Positions 29,523-38,776 of a stretch of DNA of 63,470 nucleotides are shown here, one piece after another. A model generated the notes under the pieces. The model worked only from the letters and a program-made list of their open reading frames with translations. It did not search any database and was not told where the DNA came from. The position numbers and the translations under genes were made by a program. This stretch comes from an uncultured virus (IMG/VR IMGVR_UViG_2821904334_000002) (lineage: Duplodnaviria > Heunggongvirae > Uroviricota > Caudoviricetes), in the IMG/VR virus record IMGVR_UViG_2821904334_000002; one strand, 5' to 3'. The first letter of the stretch is position 1. Each line of letters starts with the position of its first letter.

Positions 29523-29948
29523 GTGGATACGGTGACGATTTGCAAGGAAGAAGGTTGCAATTCGAAACAACACGCTAAAGGATTATGTAACACACATTAT
29601 CAAAAGAGTAGACGAAATTCTTTACATACAGGTAGTAATACATGCAAAGTAGACACTTGTAATTTACCCCACTACGCAAAGGGGTATTGTAATAAACATT
29701 ATCAAAGCAGAAGGATGACTAAGATAATAAGAGACAAACCACCTAAACCAAGAAAAGTATGTAAAGTAGAGGGTTGTCAGTTAGACCATAGAGCAAAAGG
29801 TTATTGTCAAAAACATTATTATCAAGTAAAGAATAATGGTAAGGTGTTAGATAAAGTATTACAGGTAGACTACTGTATTATCGAGGGGTGTCACCGAGTC
29901 AGGGAAGCTAAGGGGTATTGTCCGAAGCATTATCAAAGAGTATATTAA
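29523..29948 (+). CDS. Cys3His finger protein, 4 fingers
   Basis: Four repeats. Confidence 0.8.
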   Translation: MDTVTICKEEGCNSKQHAKGLCNTHYQKSRRNSLHTGSNTCKVDTCNLPHYAKGYCNKHYQSRRMTKIIRDKPPKPRKVCKVEGCQLDHRAKGYCQKHYYQVKNNGKVLDKVLQVDYCIIEGCHRVREAKGYCPKHYQRVY

Positions 29949-29954
29949 TAGACG

Positions 29955-30018
29955 AAGAGTTTACTAGTGTAATAGCTTAAAGTATCTAAAACTATTACAA
30001 ATAAATAAGTAAACTCTT
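29955..30018 (+). terminator. Long interrupted hairpin ending the finger array
   Basis: AAGAGTTTACT/AGTAAACTCTT outer arms, TGTAATAG/CTATTACA inner arms. Confidence 0.5.
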
Positions 30019-30038
30019 TAATTTTGTCTTAAACATTA

Positions 30039-30067
30039 TTGACATATACCTAAACTTATGGTATAAT
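30039..30067 (+). promoter_or_regulatory. sigma-A promoter
   Basis: TTGACA-17-TATAAT, spacer ending AAACTTATGG. Confidence 0.85.
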
Positions 30068-30315
30068 AAGTATGTGTTAAGAAAAGGTAGTAAAGAAATA
30101 TACCTATTAAATGTTATAAGAATACATATGACTAACTAACCCTATAATGTGCTAGGAACGTAAATAATAGGTCTGTGCAATTATGGAACGTTTGTCTGTA
30201 GGAAACATAGCTTCATAGTTTAATAGGGTATAAGACAAAAGAGTAAGTAAACTAAACCAATTAAGGGAGGATTGAGATACTAAAAGAGTCGAGGGACTAC
30301 GGTATCGAAAACAAA

Positions 30316-32541
30316 ATGAAGAAATCAGTTAAGAAGCAAGCAGTCGCACTATCCACTACATTAGCAGTTCTAGGTGGAATGCCAGTAGGAGCATTAGCAG
30401 AAGAAACGGTTAAAACTGAGGTAGACCAGTTAAGAGTCTCTGAAAGTGACCAAGTTGAACAGAATAGTCTATATGGTTCTGATTTGCAACTGGAAAACAA
30501 AAAGGAAGAAGTTAAGCAAGAAGTTAAACAAGCAACGGCAGAAGTGAAAACGGAAGTTGCAAAAGAAGAAGTAAAACCAGAAGCTACTACTGAAAACAAA
30601 GTAGTAGAAGTAAAGAAAGAAGAGAAGGTTGAACCTGTTAAACAAGAAGAGGTAAAACAGCCTGTAAAAGAAGAGAAACCGGAAGTTAAGCAAGAAGTGA
30701 AACAACCTCAACAAAAGCAAGAAGTAAAAGAAGAGGTTAAGCCTGAGGTTAAACCGGAAGTTAAACCTGAAGTAAAGCAAGAAAACAAGGAAGTAAAACC
30801 GGAAGTTAAGCAAGAAGAAGCTACACATGAAGAAGCAGGGCATGAGCATAAAACTGTAGAAGATGTGCAAAAAGCTAAAACTGGTGAAGTAACAGAGTTT
30901 GAAGCGTTACAAAACATCCATAATGCTTTTAAAGGTGAAGACGGTAAAGGTGATGGAAGTTCTCGTGAAATCGCACCTAAACGTGCTAAACGTTCATTAG
31001 CTTTCAGCGCACCTTCTCAAACTACACAGAAAAAGGGTTCAATTGCAGGTATTCCTTTCACTGAATGGATTGTTCCAGCAGGAAACTTAGATATTCGTCC
31101 ACAAAACCCTATGAAAGCAAAGTATATTACGATTCACGAAACAGCGAACACAGAACGTGGAGCAAACGCTGAGAATCATGCGAAATACCTTTACAATCAA
31201 GCAACTCAAGGTACTTTCAGAACAGCTTCATGGCATTTCACTGTAGACGATAAAGAAATCTACCAACACTTACCTACAAATGAAAACGGTTGGCACGCAG
31301 GAGACGGTCAAGGTTCAGGGAACATGGAATCTATTGGTATCGAGATTGCAGTTAACCAAGACGGTGATTACAATAAAGCAGTTGAAAACGCTCAAAAACT
31401 TGTTGCTCATTTAATGAAACAAGAAGGTATCAGTGGAGATAACTTACGTAGACACCAACAGTGGAGTGGTAAGAAATGTCCTGATATTATGATTACAAAA
31501 GGTAACTGGAATAACTTTGTCAGTGGTGCAAAAGGATTTGCAGGTCAAGGGGTAGGGATTGATAAACCTCTTGAAGAGAAAGAAGAAACAGTAAATCCAA
31601 ACGAGCATAATCCCGCATCACCTAATATTAAGTTAACGATTAATGGTTATGGGGTAAACGTTCGTAGTGGAGCAGGTCAAGAGCATGGTGTTGTAGATAA
31701 ACTGAACAAAGGTCGTGAGTTCAAGGTATTATCTATTAAAAACGGTTGGTATGAAATCGAAAAAGGTAAATGGGTATACTTTAACCCAAGTTGGATTAAA
31801 CTGACTTATAATGCCTACGATAAACCAGTACAACCTGAGCAAAAACCAGAAGTGAAACCTGAGCAACCAAAACCTGAGGAAAAACCACAAGTACAACAAG
31901 GTAAGAAAATTGTTGTAAACGGTCAAGGGGTACGCCTACGTAGTGGAGCAGGTACAAACCACGGTGTTGTTGGAAAAGCACAATATGGTCGTACTTACGA
32001 TGTATTAGAAGAATCAAACGGTTGGGTGAAAACTTCTGATGGTTGGTTATACAACGATTCTAGTTATATCCGAACAATCAATAATGGTGGAGGAAATTCT
32101 AATCAAGGTGGGAATACTGGTGGAAACCAAGTACAACAAACTGGTAAAAAGATTATTGTAAAAGGTAATGGAGTTCGTATCCGTAGTGGAGCAGGTCAAA
32201 ACCACGGAGTATCAGGCTATGCATCGTATGGTCAAGAGTTCACTGTAGAAGCAGAATCAAACGGTTGGGTGAAAACTTCTAAAGGTTGGATTTACAATGA
32301 TTCTAGCTATATTCAAACTGTAGGTCAAGGTGGAGGTAACTCTAACCATGTACAAGCAGGTAAGAAGATTCAAGTAAACGGTAGTGGTGTTCGTATGCGT
32401 CATGGAGCAGGTTTAAACCACGGTGTTAGCGGATATGCTTCTAAAGGCAAAACATATACTGTACATGCTGAATCTAATGGTTGGGTACAAGTAGACGGTG
32501 GTTGGATTTACAACGACTCTAGTTACATTCGCTCACTATAA
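30316..32541 (+). CDS. Secreted N-acetylmuramoyl-L-alanine amidase (Amidase_2) with EVK(Q/P) low-complexity region and four SH3b domains
   Basis: Signal peptide; ITIHETAN, SWHFTVD, GWHAGDG, SIGIEI, HQ.WSGK.CP; four G.GVR.RSGAG..HG...GW repeats. Confidence 0.9.
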   Translation: MKKSVKKQAVALSTTLAVLGGMPVGALAEETVKTEVDQLRVSESDQVEQNSLYGSDLQLENKKEEVKQEVKQATAEVKTEVAKEEVKPEATTENKVVEVKKEEKVEPVKQEEVKQPVKEEKPEVKQEVKQPQQKQEVKEEVKPEVKPEVKPEVKQENKEVKPEVKQEEATHEEAGHEHKTVEDVQKAKTGEVTEFEALQNIHNAFKGEDGKGDGSSREIAPKRAKRSLAFSAPSQTTQKKGSIAGIPFTEWIVPAGNLDIRPQNPMKAKYITIHETANTERGANAENHAKYLYNQATQGTFRTASWHFTVDDKEIYQHLPTNENGWHAGDGQGSGNMESIGIEIAVNQDGDYNKAVENAQKLVAHLMKQEGISGDNLRRHQQWSGKKCPDIMITKGNWNNFVSGAKGFAGQGVGIDKPLEEKEETVNPNEHNPASPNIKLTINGYGVNVRSGAGQEHGVVDKLNKGREFKVLSIKNGWYEIEKGKWVYFNPSWIKLTYNAYDKPVQPEQKPEVKPEQPKPEEKPQVQQGKKIVVNGQGVRLRSGAGTNHGVVGKAQYGRTYDVLEESNGWVKTSDGWLYNDSSYIRTINNGGGNSNQGGNTGGNQVQQTGKKIIVKGNGVRIRSGAGQNHGVSGYASYGQEFTVEAESNGWVKTSKGWIYNDSSYIQTVGQGGGNSNHVQAGKKIQVNGSGVRMRHGAGLNHGVSGYASKGKTYTVHAESNGWVQVDGGWIYNDSSYIRSL

Positions 32542-32654
32542 GCAATAAGTACCAACAGGGGTAGGGCTATGGGTAAAACTGTAGCCTTTCTCTATAATTC
32601 TATGAAATGTATATACAAATATTCAAAACTAGTAATATTTTTATCACAACAATG

Positions 32655-32683
32655 TTGACATATGGCTAAACTTATGGTATAAT
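32655..32683 (+). promoter_or_regulatory. sigma-A promoter
   Basis: TTGACA-17-TATAAT, spacer ending AAACTTATGG. Confidence 0.85.
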
Positions 32684-32866
32684 AAGTATATAGTAAAGAA
32701 GAGATAACAAAAGAAAATACTAGTATTACTTTGGGAAAACATATTAGTAGATTCAAAGATTCATACTATAACAAGAAAAATCGAGTTAAACAAAAAATAA
32801 CAAAACGAATGGGGGTTCGAGATACTCTATTAAGTCGTAGTAATAGTTGGGGTATCGAACATAGCA

Positions 32867-34894
32867 ATGAAAAAGTCAATTAAGAAGCAAGTAGTCGCAC
32901 TAACAACTGGATTAACAATTCTAGGAAGCATTCCATTAAACGCATTAGCAGACCAAACAGACAAATTACAAGTGGCAACTGGGGAACATTTAAATCAAGG
33001 TTCTAACCTTGCAAACATCGAATTAAAAACACCTGATGTAAAAATTAATGAGTCTGAAATCTCACCAAACGAAAAGGTATTATTAGAAGAATACAAGCAC
33101 AAACATGATACATCGGCTGAAATGGAAAAGATGAAAGAAGCCAAAACGGGTGCAGTAGACCCTAACGAAGCGGTACAAAATGTAGAAAATGCATTTAAAG
33201 ATGTAGACGGTAAGGGTGACGGTAGTTCTCGTGAAATGACACCTAAACGTCAAAAGCGTTCTCTAGCATTTGCACCTGCAAGTCAAACTACAAAACGTTA
33301 TGGTACATTAGCAGGAACTAAATTTGTAGAGTGGATTGTGCCAGCAGGTAACATTGATATCCGCCCACAAAACCCTATGAAAGCTAAATATATTACAATC
33401 CATGAAACTGCAAACACTGAACGTGGTGCAAACGCAGAAGCACATGCAAAGTACTTATATAACCAAGCAACTCAAGGGACATTCCGTACTGCATCATGGC
33501 ACTTTACAGTGGACGATAAACAAATCTATCAACACCTTCCAACGAATGAGAACGGATGGCACGCAGGAGACGGGAATGGACCCGGAAACCGTGAGTCTAT
33601 TGGTATTGAAATCGCTGTAAACCAAGATGGAGACTACAATAAAGCATTAGAAAACGCTAAACGTCTAGCAGGTTACTTAATGAACAAAGAGGGTATCCCT
33701 GCAAGTAACATCGTAAAACATCAACATTGGTCAGGTAAGAAATGCCCAGACATCATGATTTCTCGTGGTAACTTTGCAGGATTCGTACAAGGCATTGAAT
33801 GGTATTCAAGTTTAAATAACAACATTGAAGGAATGTCAGACAAGCAAGAAGACAACAATTCAAATGAAGTAAACCCTGCTGAACCAGTTATGGAACTAGT
33901 AGTAAAAGGTTACGGTATTAATATCCGTAGTGGAGCAGGAATCGAGAATGGGGTAGTTGGTAAAGCAAACGCAGGTGATAAATTCCGAGTATTAGCAGTT
34001 AAAAACGGTTGGTACAAAACAGAAAAAGGTTGGATTTTCTATGATTCAAGTTACATTAAAATTAACTATAATGTAGAAAACCCACTTCCAAAACCTGAGG
34101 AAAAACCAAAACCTGAAGTGAAGCCTGACCCTAAACCTGAGCCACAACCTGAGCCTAAACCACAACCAACTGATGATATTACTGGTGGATGGTTCGAACC
34201 ACATGTACGTGAATTAAACAAACGTGGAATTATGGTTGGTGAAGGAAACGGGGTATTCGCACCATACCGTGCAGTAACTCGTGCGGAATTTGCTAAGTTA
34301 ATCTCTAACTCTTTACAACTTCCAAGTGGCGATGCAAACTTTAAAGATTTAGACCAAGCACACCCAACATTACAAGATGGTATTAAACGTGCTTCAAGTG
34401 CAGGAATCATTAATGGTCGTGGTGACGGTATCTTTGACCCTAACTCACCAATTACTCGTGAAGAGTCAGCTATCATGGTAGACAAAGCGTTACAATACAA
34501 AGGTATTAAAGGTGATGCTTCTGTACCATTAAAATTCCGAGACAAACATCTTATCAACTACAAAGAAAACGTTACAAGACTATATAGTTTAGGTATCGCT
34601 AACGGAAATGAGAATGGTGAGTTCAGCCCACAAGGAACAACAACTCGTGGTGAGTCAGCCGCATTCCTAGTTAGAATGTTAAACGTAATGGAAGAAACAA
34701 AAGTAATTGGAACAGCTTACATTGACCAAGATATTGAAGTACATGCTGAAAGTGGAAACTGGACTGATGTAGTTCGTACATTAACAAAAGGAAATACAGT
34801 AAACGTATATGCAGAGCATGGAGCTTGGATTCAAATTGGTAAAAACGAATGGATTAAAAACGATACTAGCAAAATCCGTTATGTAAAAGACTGA
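32867..34894 (+). CDS. Secreted Amidase_2 with SH3b, three SLH domains and a C-terminal SH3b-like domain
   Basis: Same amidase motifs; SLH motifs VTRAEFA, ITREESA, TTRGESA. Confidence 0.9.
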   Translation: MKKSIKKQVVALTTGLTILGSIPLNALADQTDKLQVATGEHLNQGSNLANIELKTPDVKINESEISPNEKVLLEEYKHKHDTSAEMEKMKEAKTGAVDPNEAVQNVENAFKDVDGKGDGSSREMTPKRQKRSLAFAPASQTTKRYGTLAGTKFVEWIVPAGNIDIRPQNPMKAKYITIHETANTERGANAEAHAKYLYNQATQGTFRTASWHFTVDDKQIYQHLPTNENGWHAGDGNGPGNRESIGIEIAVNQDGDYNKALENAKRLAGYLMNKEGIPASNIVKHQHWSGKKCPDIMISRGNFAGFVQGIEWYSSLNNNIEGMSDKQEDNNSNEVNPAEPVMELVVKGYGINIRSGAGIENGVVGKANAGDKFRVLAVKNGWYKTEKGWIFYDSSYIKINYNVENPLPKPEEKPKPEVKPDPKPEPQPEPKPQPTDDITGGWFEPHVRELNKRGIMVGEGNGVFAPYRAVTRAEFAKLISNSLQLPSGDANFKDLDQAHPTLQDGIKRASSAGIINGRGDGIFDPNSPITREESAIMVDKALQYKGIKGDASVPLKFRDKHLINYKENVTRLYSLGIANGNENGEFSPQGTTTRGESAAFLVRMLNVMEETKVIGTAYIDQDIEVHAESGNWTDVVRTLTKGNTVNVYAEHGAWIQIGKNEWIKNDTSKIRYVKD

Positions 34895-34921
34895 ATAAAA
34901 TAATACAATTAAGGACAAACT

Positions 34922-34945
34922 AGCTACAGGTGACTGTAGCTTTTC
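34922..34945 (+). terminator. Intrinsic terminator
   Basis: AGCTACAG-GTGA-CTGTAGCT-TTTC. Confidence 0.8.
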
Positions 34946-34974
34946 CTTTATTAATCTTGTATGGGGTGTAAAAG

Positions 34975-35529
34975 ATGGATAAATTAACAGAAGACTTGTT
35001 AAGAGAAATGTATGTAGAGAAAGGTATGTCAGACCGAGAGATAGGGGATTTATACGGAGTCACAAGAGCCAATATATCTTATCATAGAAAGAAATGGGGT
35101 ATAGAAGGGAAACCCTCTTTATCAAAGAAAGCGATTCAAGACGTACAAAATAAATTAGATTCTTTAGGGTATACAGTAGAGAACATGAAGGAAAAAGATA
35201 CACATCATATATTTGATTTGTTAGTAGATGATATAGTAAGACTCGATATTCGGTCTACAGAAACATTACAAGAGGATACTTTTAGATTTAAGCTATTAGA
35301 TAGTGATAATTCGTGTTTACTAGAATCAGATAATAGACTTCAATTGAAAAATGGTCGAACTAAGAAGATTTTAAGAAACACATGTGATTTTGTAATACTT
35401 GTAGGCTACTTAAAAGGCGTACCGAATTTTTGGGTAATTCCTTCACGAGACCTAAAAGATGATTTAAACGGTATCTCAATCAGACCCTATTCAGATTCTA
35501 GTAAGTATTTAGAGTATAAAGATTCATAG
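34975..35529 (+). CDS. HTH-repeat (x1) + PD-(D/E)XK-like domain protein; stop at the family's conserved C-terminal Trp
   Basis: LTEDLLREMY...SD.EIG..YGV...R..WGI; FDLLV...RLDIR; TCDFVILVGY...FWVIPS. Confidence 0.7.
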   Translation: MDKLTEDLLREMYVEKGMSDREIGDLYGVTRANISYHRKKWGIEGKPSLSKKAIQDVQNKLDSLGYTVENMKEKDTHHIFDLLVDDIVRLDIRSTETLQEDTFRFKLLDSDNSCLLESDNRLQLKNGRTKKILRNTCDFVILVGYLKGVPNFWVIPSRDLKDDLNGISIRPYSDSSKYLEYKDS

Positions 35530-35786
35530 GGTAATATTAGTAAAACCGCTAAGTTGTATAGAGCGAATAAAATAGGCTAATTTTACCAATTAGGGGTAGA
35601 AAAAGTAAAAGGCTTAATGATTTTGATTCCCTAGTAGAGAAAGAGAAACGGATTTATAAGAAATAGGTAAAAAGAAGCATGAAGGTTAAACGAAAAAGAT
35701 AAAGTAAAGAACTATACTCTTTATCCTATTAAATATAAAGTTTAATTACATATACATAGATAAAATATACAAACTAGATAGTAGGA

Positions 35787-36368
35787 GTGGTTAAAGTGGC
35801 AGTAGTTACAGAGCAAGAGTTAAGAAACCTATATGAAGTACAAGGTAAAACAGATAGACAGATTGCAGAAGAGTGTGGGGTAGATAGAACTCGTATCTCG
35901 CAATTACGTAAGCAATGGGGAATTAATACAAGACCTACTGTATTTGACAAAGGTATAAAAGACGTAACAGATAAATTAGAGTCTTTGGGTTTTAAAGTAG
36001 AGAACGTAAAGAAAGAAGATAAAACAGCAAACTATGATTTATTGCTAAATGATAGTATCAAGGTTGAAGTGAGAACATCATCAACTATAGACAGAGGTAG
36101 ACAGCACTTTAGAATAGTAGAACAAGCTTCCACAGGGGTAGTCGAGTCAGATGTTCGTATTAAACTAAAGAATGGTCATTTTAGAAAGTTATTTAGACGA
36201 ACATGTGATTACATTATCTTTGTAGGATATGAAGAAGGAAACATTAACTATTGGGTGATGCGTTCAAGTACGGTTACAGATACGATTCAAAGCCTTGGAC
36301 TAAATATTTCACCATTAGTAACAAGTAAATTCGATGTATGCAGGGATGCGTGGCACACAATTTTATAA
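35787..36368 (+). CDS. HTH-repeat (x1) + PD-(D/E)XK-like domain protein
   Basis: YDLLLN..IKVEVR; TCDYIIFVGY. Confidence 0.7.
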   Translation: MVKVAVVTEQELRNLYEVQGKTDRQIAEECGVDRTRISQLRKQWGINTRPTVFDKGIKDVTDKLESLGFKVENVKKEDKTANYDLLLNDSIKVEVRTSSTIDRGRQHFRIVEQASTGVVESDVRIKLKNGHFRKLFRRTCDYIIFVGYEEGNINYWVMRSSTVTDTIQSLGLNISPLVTSKFDVCRDAWHTIL

Positions 36369-36402
36369 GAGGTAGAGAATATTTAGAAGAGAGGTGATAA
36401 AT

Positions 36403-38745
36403 ATGTCAGTCAGACTATGTAGTATAGAAGGTTGTGAAAACAAGCATGTAGGTAAAGGATATTGTGATAAACATTACAGACAAATGTATAAGTACGGTAG
36501 AATCCTTACAGACGAGGAAGTAGCGGAGTTAAAGAAACAAAAGTACGCAAACAGAAAACCTTCTTCTAGAGTTTATACAAATGCTATATCGAAAGAAGAG
36601 TTAACGAAACTGTATATAGAAGATGATTTGTTAGATACAGAAATAGCAGAACTAAAAGGTGTCTCTAACGGAACAGTAGGTAGGTTACGTAAGAAATATG
36701 GTATCAAAACAAAACCACCTAAGAAACTCTTTACAAAGGAAGAGTTGGTCGAACTCTATGTGAATAGGGGTATGACGGATGAAGAAATCGGAAAACTGAA
36801 AGATGTTGGGTATTACATTATAGGTAATCTAAGAAAAGAATATGGTATCAAAACTTTAAATCGAGTTGTACCAATCGAGAAAAGAATGGTAGCAACTAGA
36901 GAAGAAATGGAAAAACTATACTTAGCTAGAAAACTAAGTGATGCTCAAATATCTGAAATGTTGGGTTGTTCTGTTCATACCGTTCAATTAATGCGTAAAC
37001 ATTATGGTATCGAAACAAGACAAAGAGAGTACATTTTAACGAAAGAACAGTTACATCATTTGTATGTGGTAAAAGGATTAAGTGATTCGGAGATAGCAGA
37101 CCAAATAGGTGTTGTGCAAAGTCATGTAAGTATCATGAGACGAAAGTATGGTATCGAAACAAGGGAGACAATAGATGCCCTTGCAGTACCATATGTTGCA
37201 AGAGTCTTAGAAAATAAGGGGTATCGTGTCTTAAACGTAAGAGAAAAAGACCACTCTTCTTTCTATGACTTACTGGTAAATGATACAGTTCGTATAGATG
37301 TTAGAGCAACAGCTTTTATGCAGGAAGATACATTACGATTTAAATTCTTAGATAAAGATGCATCAAACTATACAGATAGCGATTCAAGACTTTTAGTAGA
37401 TAGTGGTCGTACAAAAAGAAAGCTTTATGAAACATGTGATATCTTGGTATTAGTGGGGTATATAGAAAACAAACCTCATTGTTGGGTAATTCCAGTTAAG
37501 GATTTAAAGCCAAACTTACAAGGTATCGGAATCAGACCGTATTCGGTTCGAAGTAAATACAGTATCTATGAAGAAGCATGGAAGTTAATTAAAGTACCGA
37601 AAGAGATATTAACCAAGAAAGAGTTAGAAAGACTGTATGTAACAGAGAATTTATCAGATAGTAGAATAGCGAAACGAGTTGGAGTAAGTACAGCAACGAT
37701 AGGAAACTTGAGAAGAGCATACGGTATTAAAGCAAAACGAGATGTGCAAGAAATGACAAAGAAAGAGTTAGAGAAACTGTATGTAGACGAAGGTTTAACA
37801 GATAAAGAGATAGCAGAACGAAAAGGTACGTACCCTACAAAGATTAGGCGTCTAAGAGAAAAGTGGGGTATTGAAACAAAGTCTAGAGCTACAATTAGTA
37901 AAGAGGAATTAACTAAACTGTACGTAGATGAAGGAATGTCAGATAAAGAAATATCAAAACAAAAAGATGTATCACTCGAAACTGTGTATCGTTTAAGAAG
38001 AGAATACGGTATCAAATCAAGACCTTCTATACCAATACTAACAAAAGAACAATTGTACCAGTTATACGTTATACAAAGATTATCGGATAGTAAGATAGGA
38101 GACATATATAAGGTATCCAAGACAACAATTGCAAATTTAAGAAAAGAGTATAATATCGAAGCAAACCCTACAATTTCTCTTGTAACTAAAGAACAATTAC
38201 AACATCTGTACGTAGAAAAGGAAATGAGTGATGGTCAAATAGGAAAATTGTTTGGGGTAACTAGAGAATCAATTTTAAAATACAGAAACAAGTATGGTAT
38301 CTCTACAAGACTTACAATAGCAAACAAAGCAATCCAAGACGTAGGAAATCATTTAGTTCAATTGGGTTTTCATATAGTCAATGTAAGAGGGATAGACTAC
38401 GCTTCTTTTTACGATTTACTGTTGAATAATAGACTACGTATAGATATAAGAGCGACTGAATACATGACAAAAGATGGATTCTTTAAGTTTAAATTACTAG
38501 ATAAGGATGAATCAAACTATATAGGTAGTAATTCAAGACTCATTGTAGATAGCGGTAGAACCAAAAGAAACCTACATGATACATGTGATTTCGTTATTTG
38601 CGTAGGGTACTATAATAACAGACCTTACACATGGGTTATACCTTCAAAAGATTTAAGAAAAGACTTACAAGGTATATCAATAAACCCTAATCTAGAAAAC
38701 AGTAGATACTTGAGATATTCGGAAGCTTGGCATCTACTAAGATAA
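36403..38745 (+). CDS. Cys3His finger + 4 HTH + PD-(D/E)XK-like + 5 HTH + PD-(D/E)XK-like fusion protein
   Basis: GAGGTG SD; N-terminal CSIEGC..GYCDKHY; nine KE.L..LY...SD.EI....V.....LR..YGI repeats; two YDLL.N..RID(V/I)R domains. Confidence 0.75.
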   Translation: MSVRLCSIEGCENKHVGKGYCDKHYRQMYKYGRILTDEEVAELKKQKYANRKPSSRVYTNAISKEELTKLYIEDDLLDTEIAELKGVSNGTVGRLRKKYGIKTKPPKKLFTKEELVELYVNRGMTDEEIGKLKDVGYYIIGNLRKEYGIKTLNRVVPIEKRMVATREEMEKLYLARKLSDAQISEMLGCSVHTVQLMRKHYGIETRQREYILTKEQLHHLYVVKGLSDSEIADQIGVVQSHVSIMRRKYGIETRETIDALAVPYVARVLENKGYRVLNVREKDHSSFYDLLVNDTVRIDVRATAFMQEDTLRFKFLDKDASNYTDSDSRLLVDSGRTKRKLYETCDILVLVGYIENKPHCWVIPVKDLKPNLQGIGIRPYSVRSKYSIYEEAWKLIKVPKEILTKKELERLYVTENLSDSRIAKRVGVSTATIGNLRRAYGIKAKRDVQEMTKKELEKLYVDEGLTDKEIAERKGTYPTKIRRLREKWGIETKSRATISKEELTKLYVDEGMSDKEISKQKDVSLETVYRLRREYGIKSRPSIPILTKEQLYQLYVIQRLSDSKIGDIYKVSKTTIANLRKEYNIEANPTISLVTKEQLQHLYVEKEMSDGQIGKLFGVTRESILKYRNKYGISTRLTIANKAIQDVGNHLVQLGFHIVNVRGIDYASFYDLLLNNRLRIDIRATEYMTKDGFFKFKLLDKDESNYIGSNSRLIVDSGRTKRNLHDTCDFVICVGYYNNRPYTWVIPSKDLRKDLQGISINPNLENSRYLRYSEAWHLLR

Positions 38746-38776
38746 ACTAGAAAGTAGAAAGGAGGTAGTTTATCCT

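Noticed and set aside
19689..29948. Recurrent GTAGAAGGTTGT / AAAGGGTATTGT DNA motifs as a CRISPR-like or DGR array
   Set aside because: They are in-frame codons of finger motifs with synonymous variation; no cas or reverse transcriptase gene and no adenine-specific template/variable repeat pair was seen.
30469..30917. Minus-strand F/L-rich and TSG-repeat ORFs, and the short DNA repeats here as a possible CRISPR or VNTR
   Set aside because: They mirror the EVKQ/EVKP low-complexity linker of the amidase; there is no constant repeat with unique spacers.
30316..34894. Phage lysis cassette
   Set aside because: Both amidases have Sec signal peptides, no holin is adjacent and no virion genes lie in the window.
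23409..35529. TAG recoding or readthrough suggested by two in-frame TAGs
   Set aside because: Many genes end normally in TAG directly before the next gene or terminator, the two sites would need different amino acids, and no suppressor tRNA was seen.
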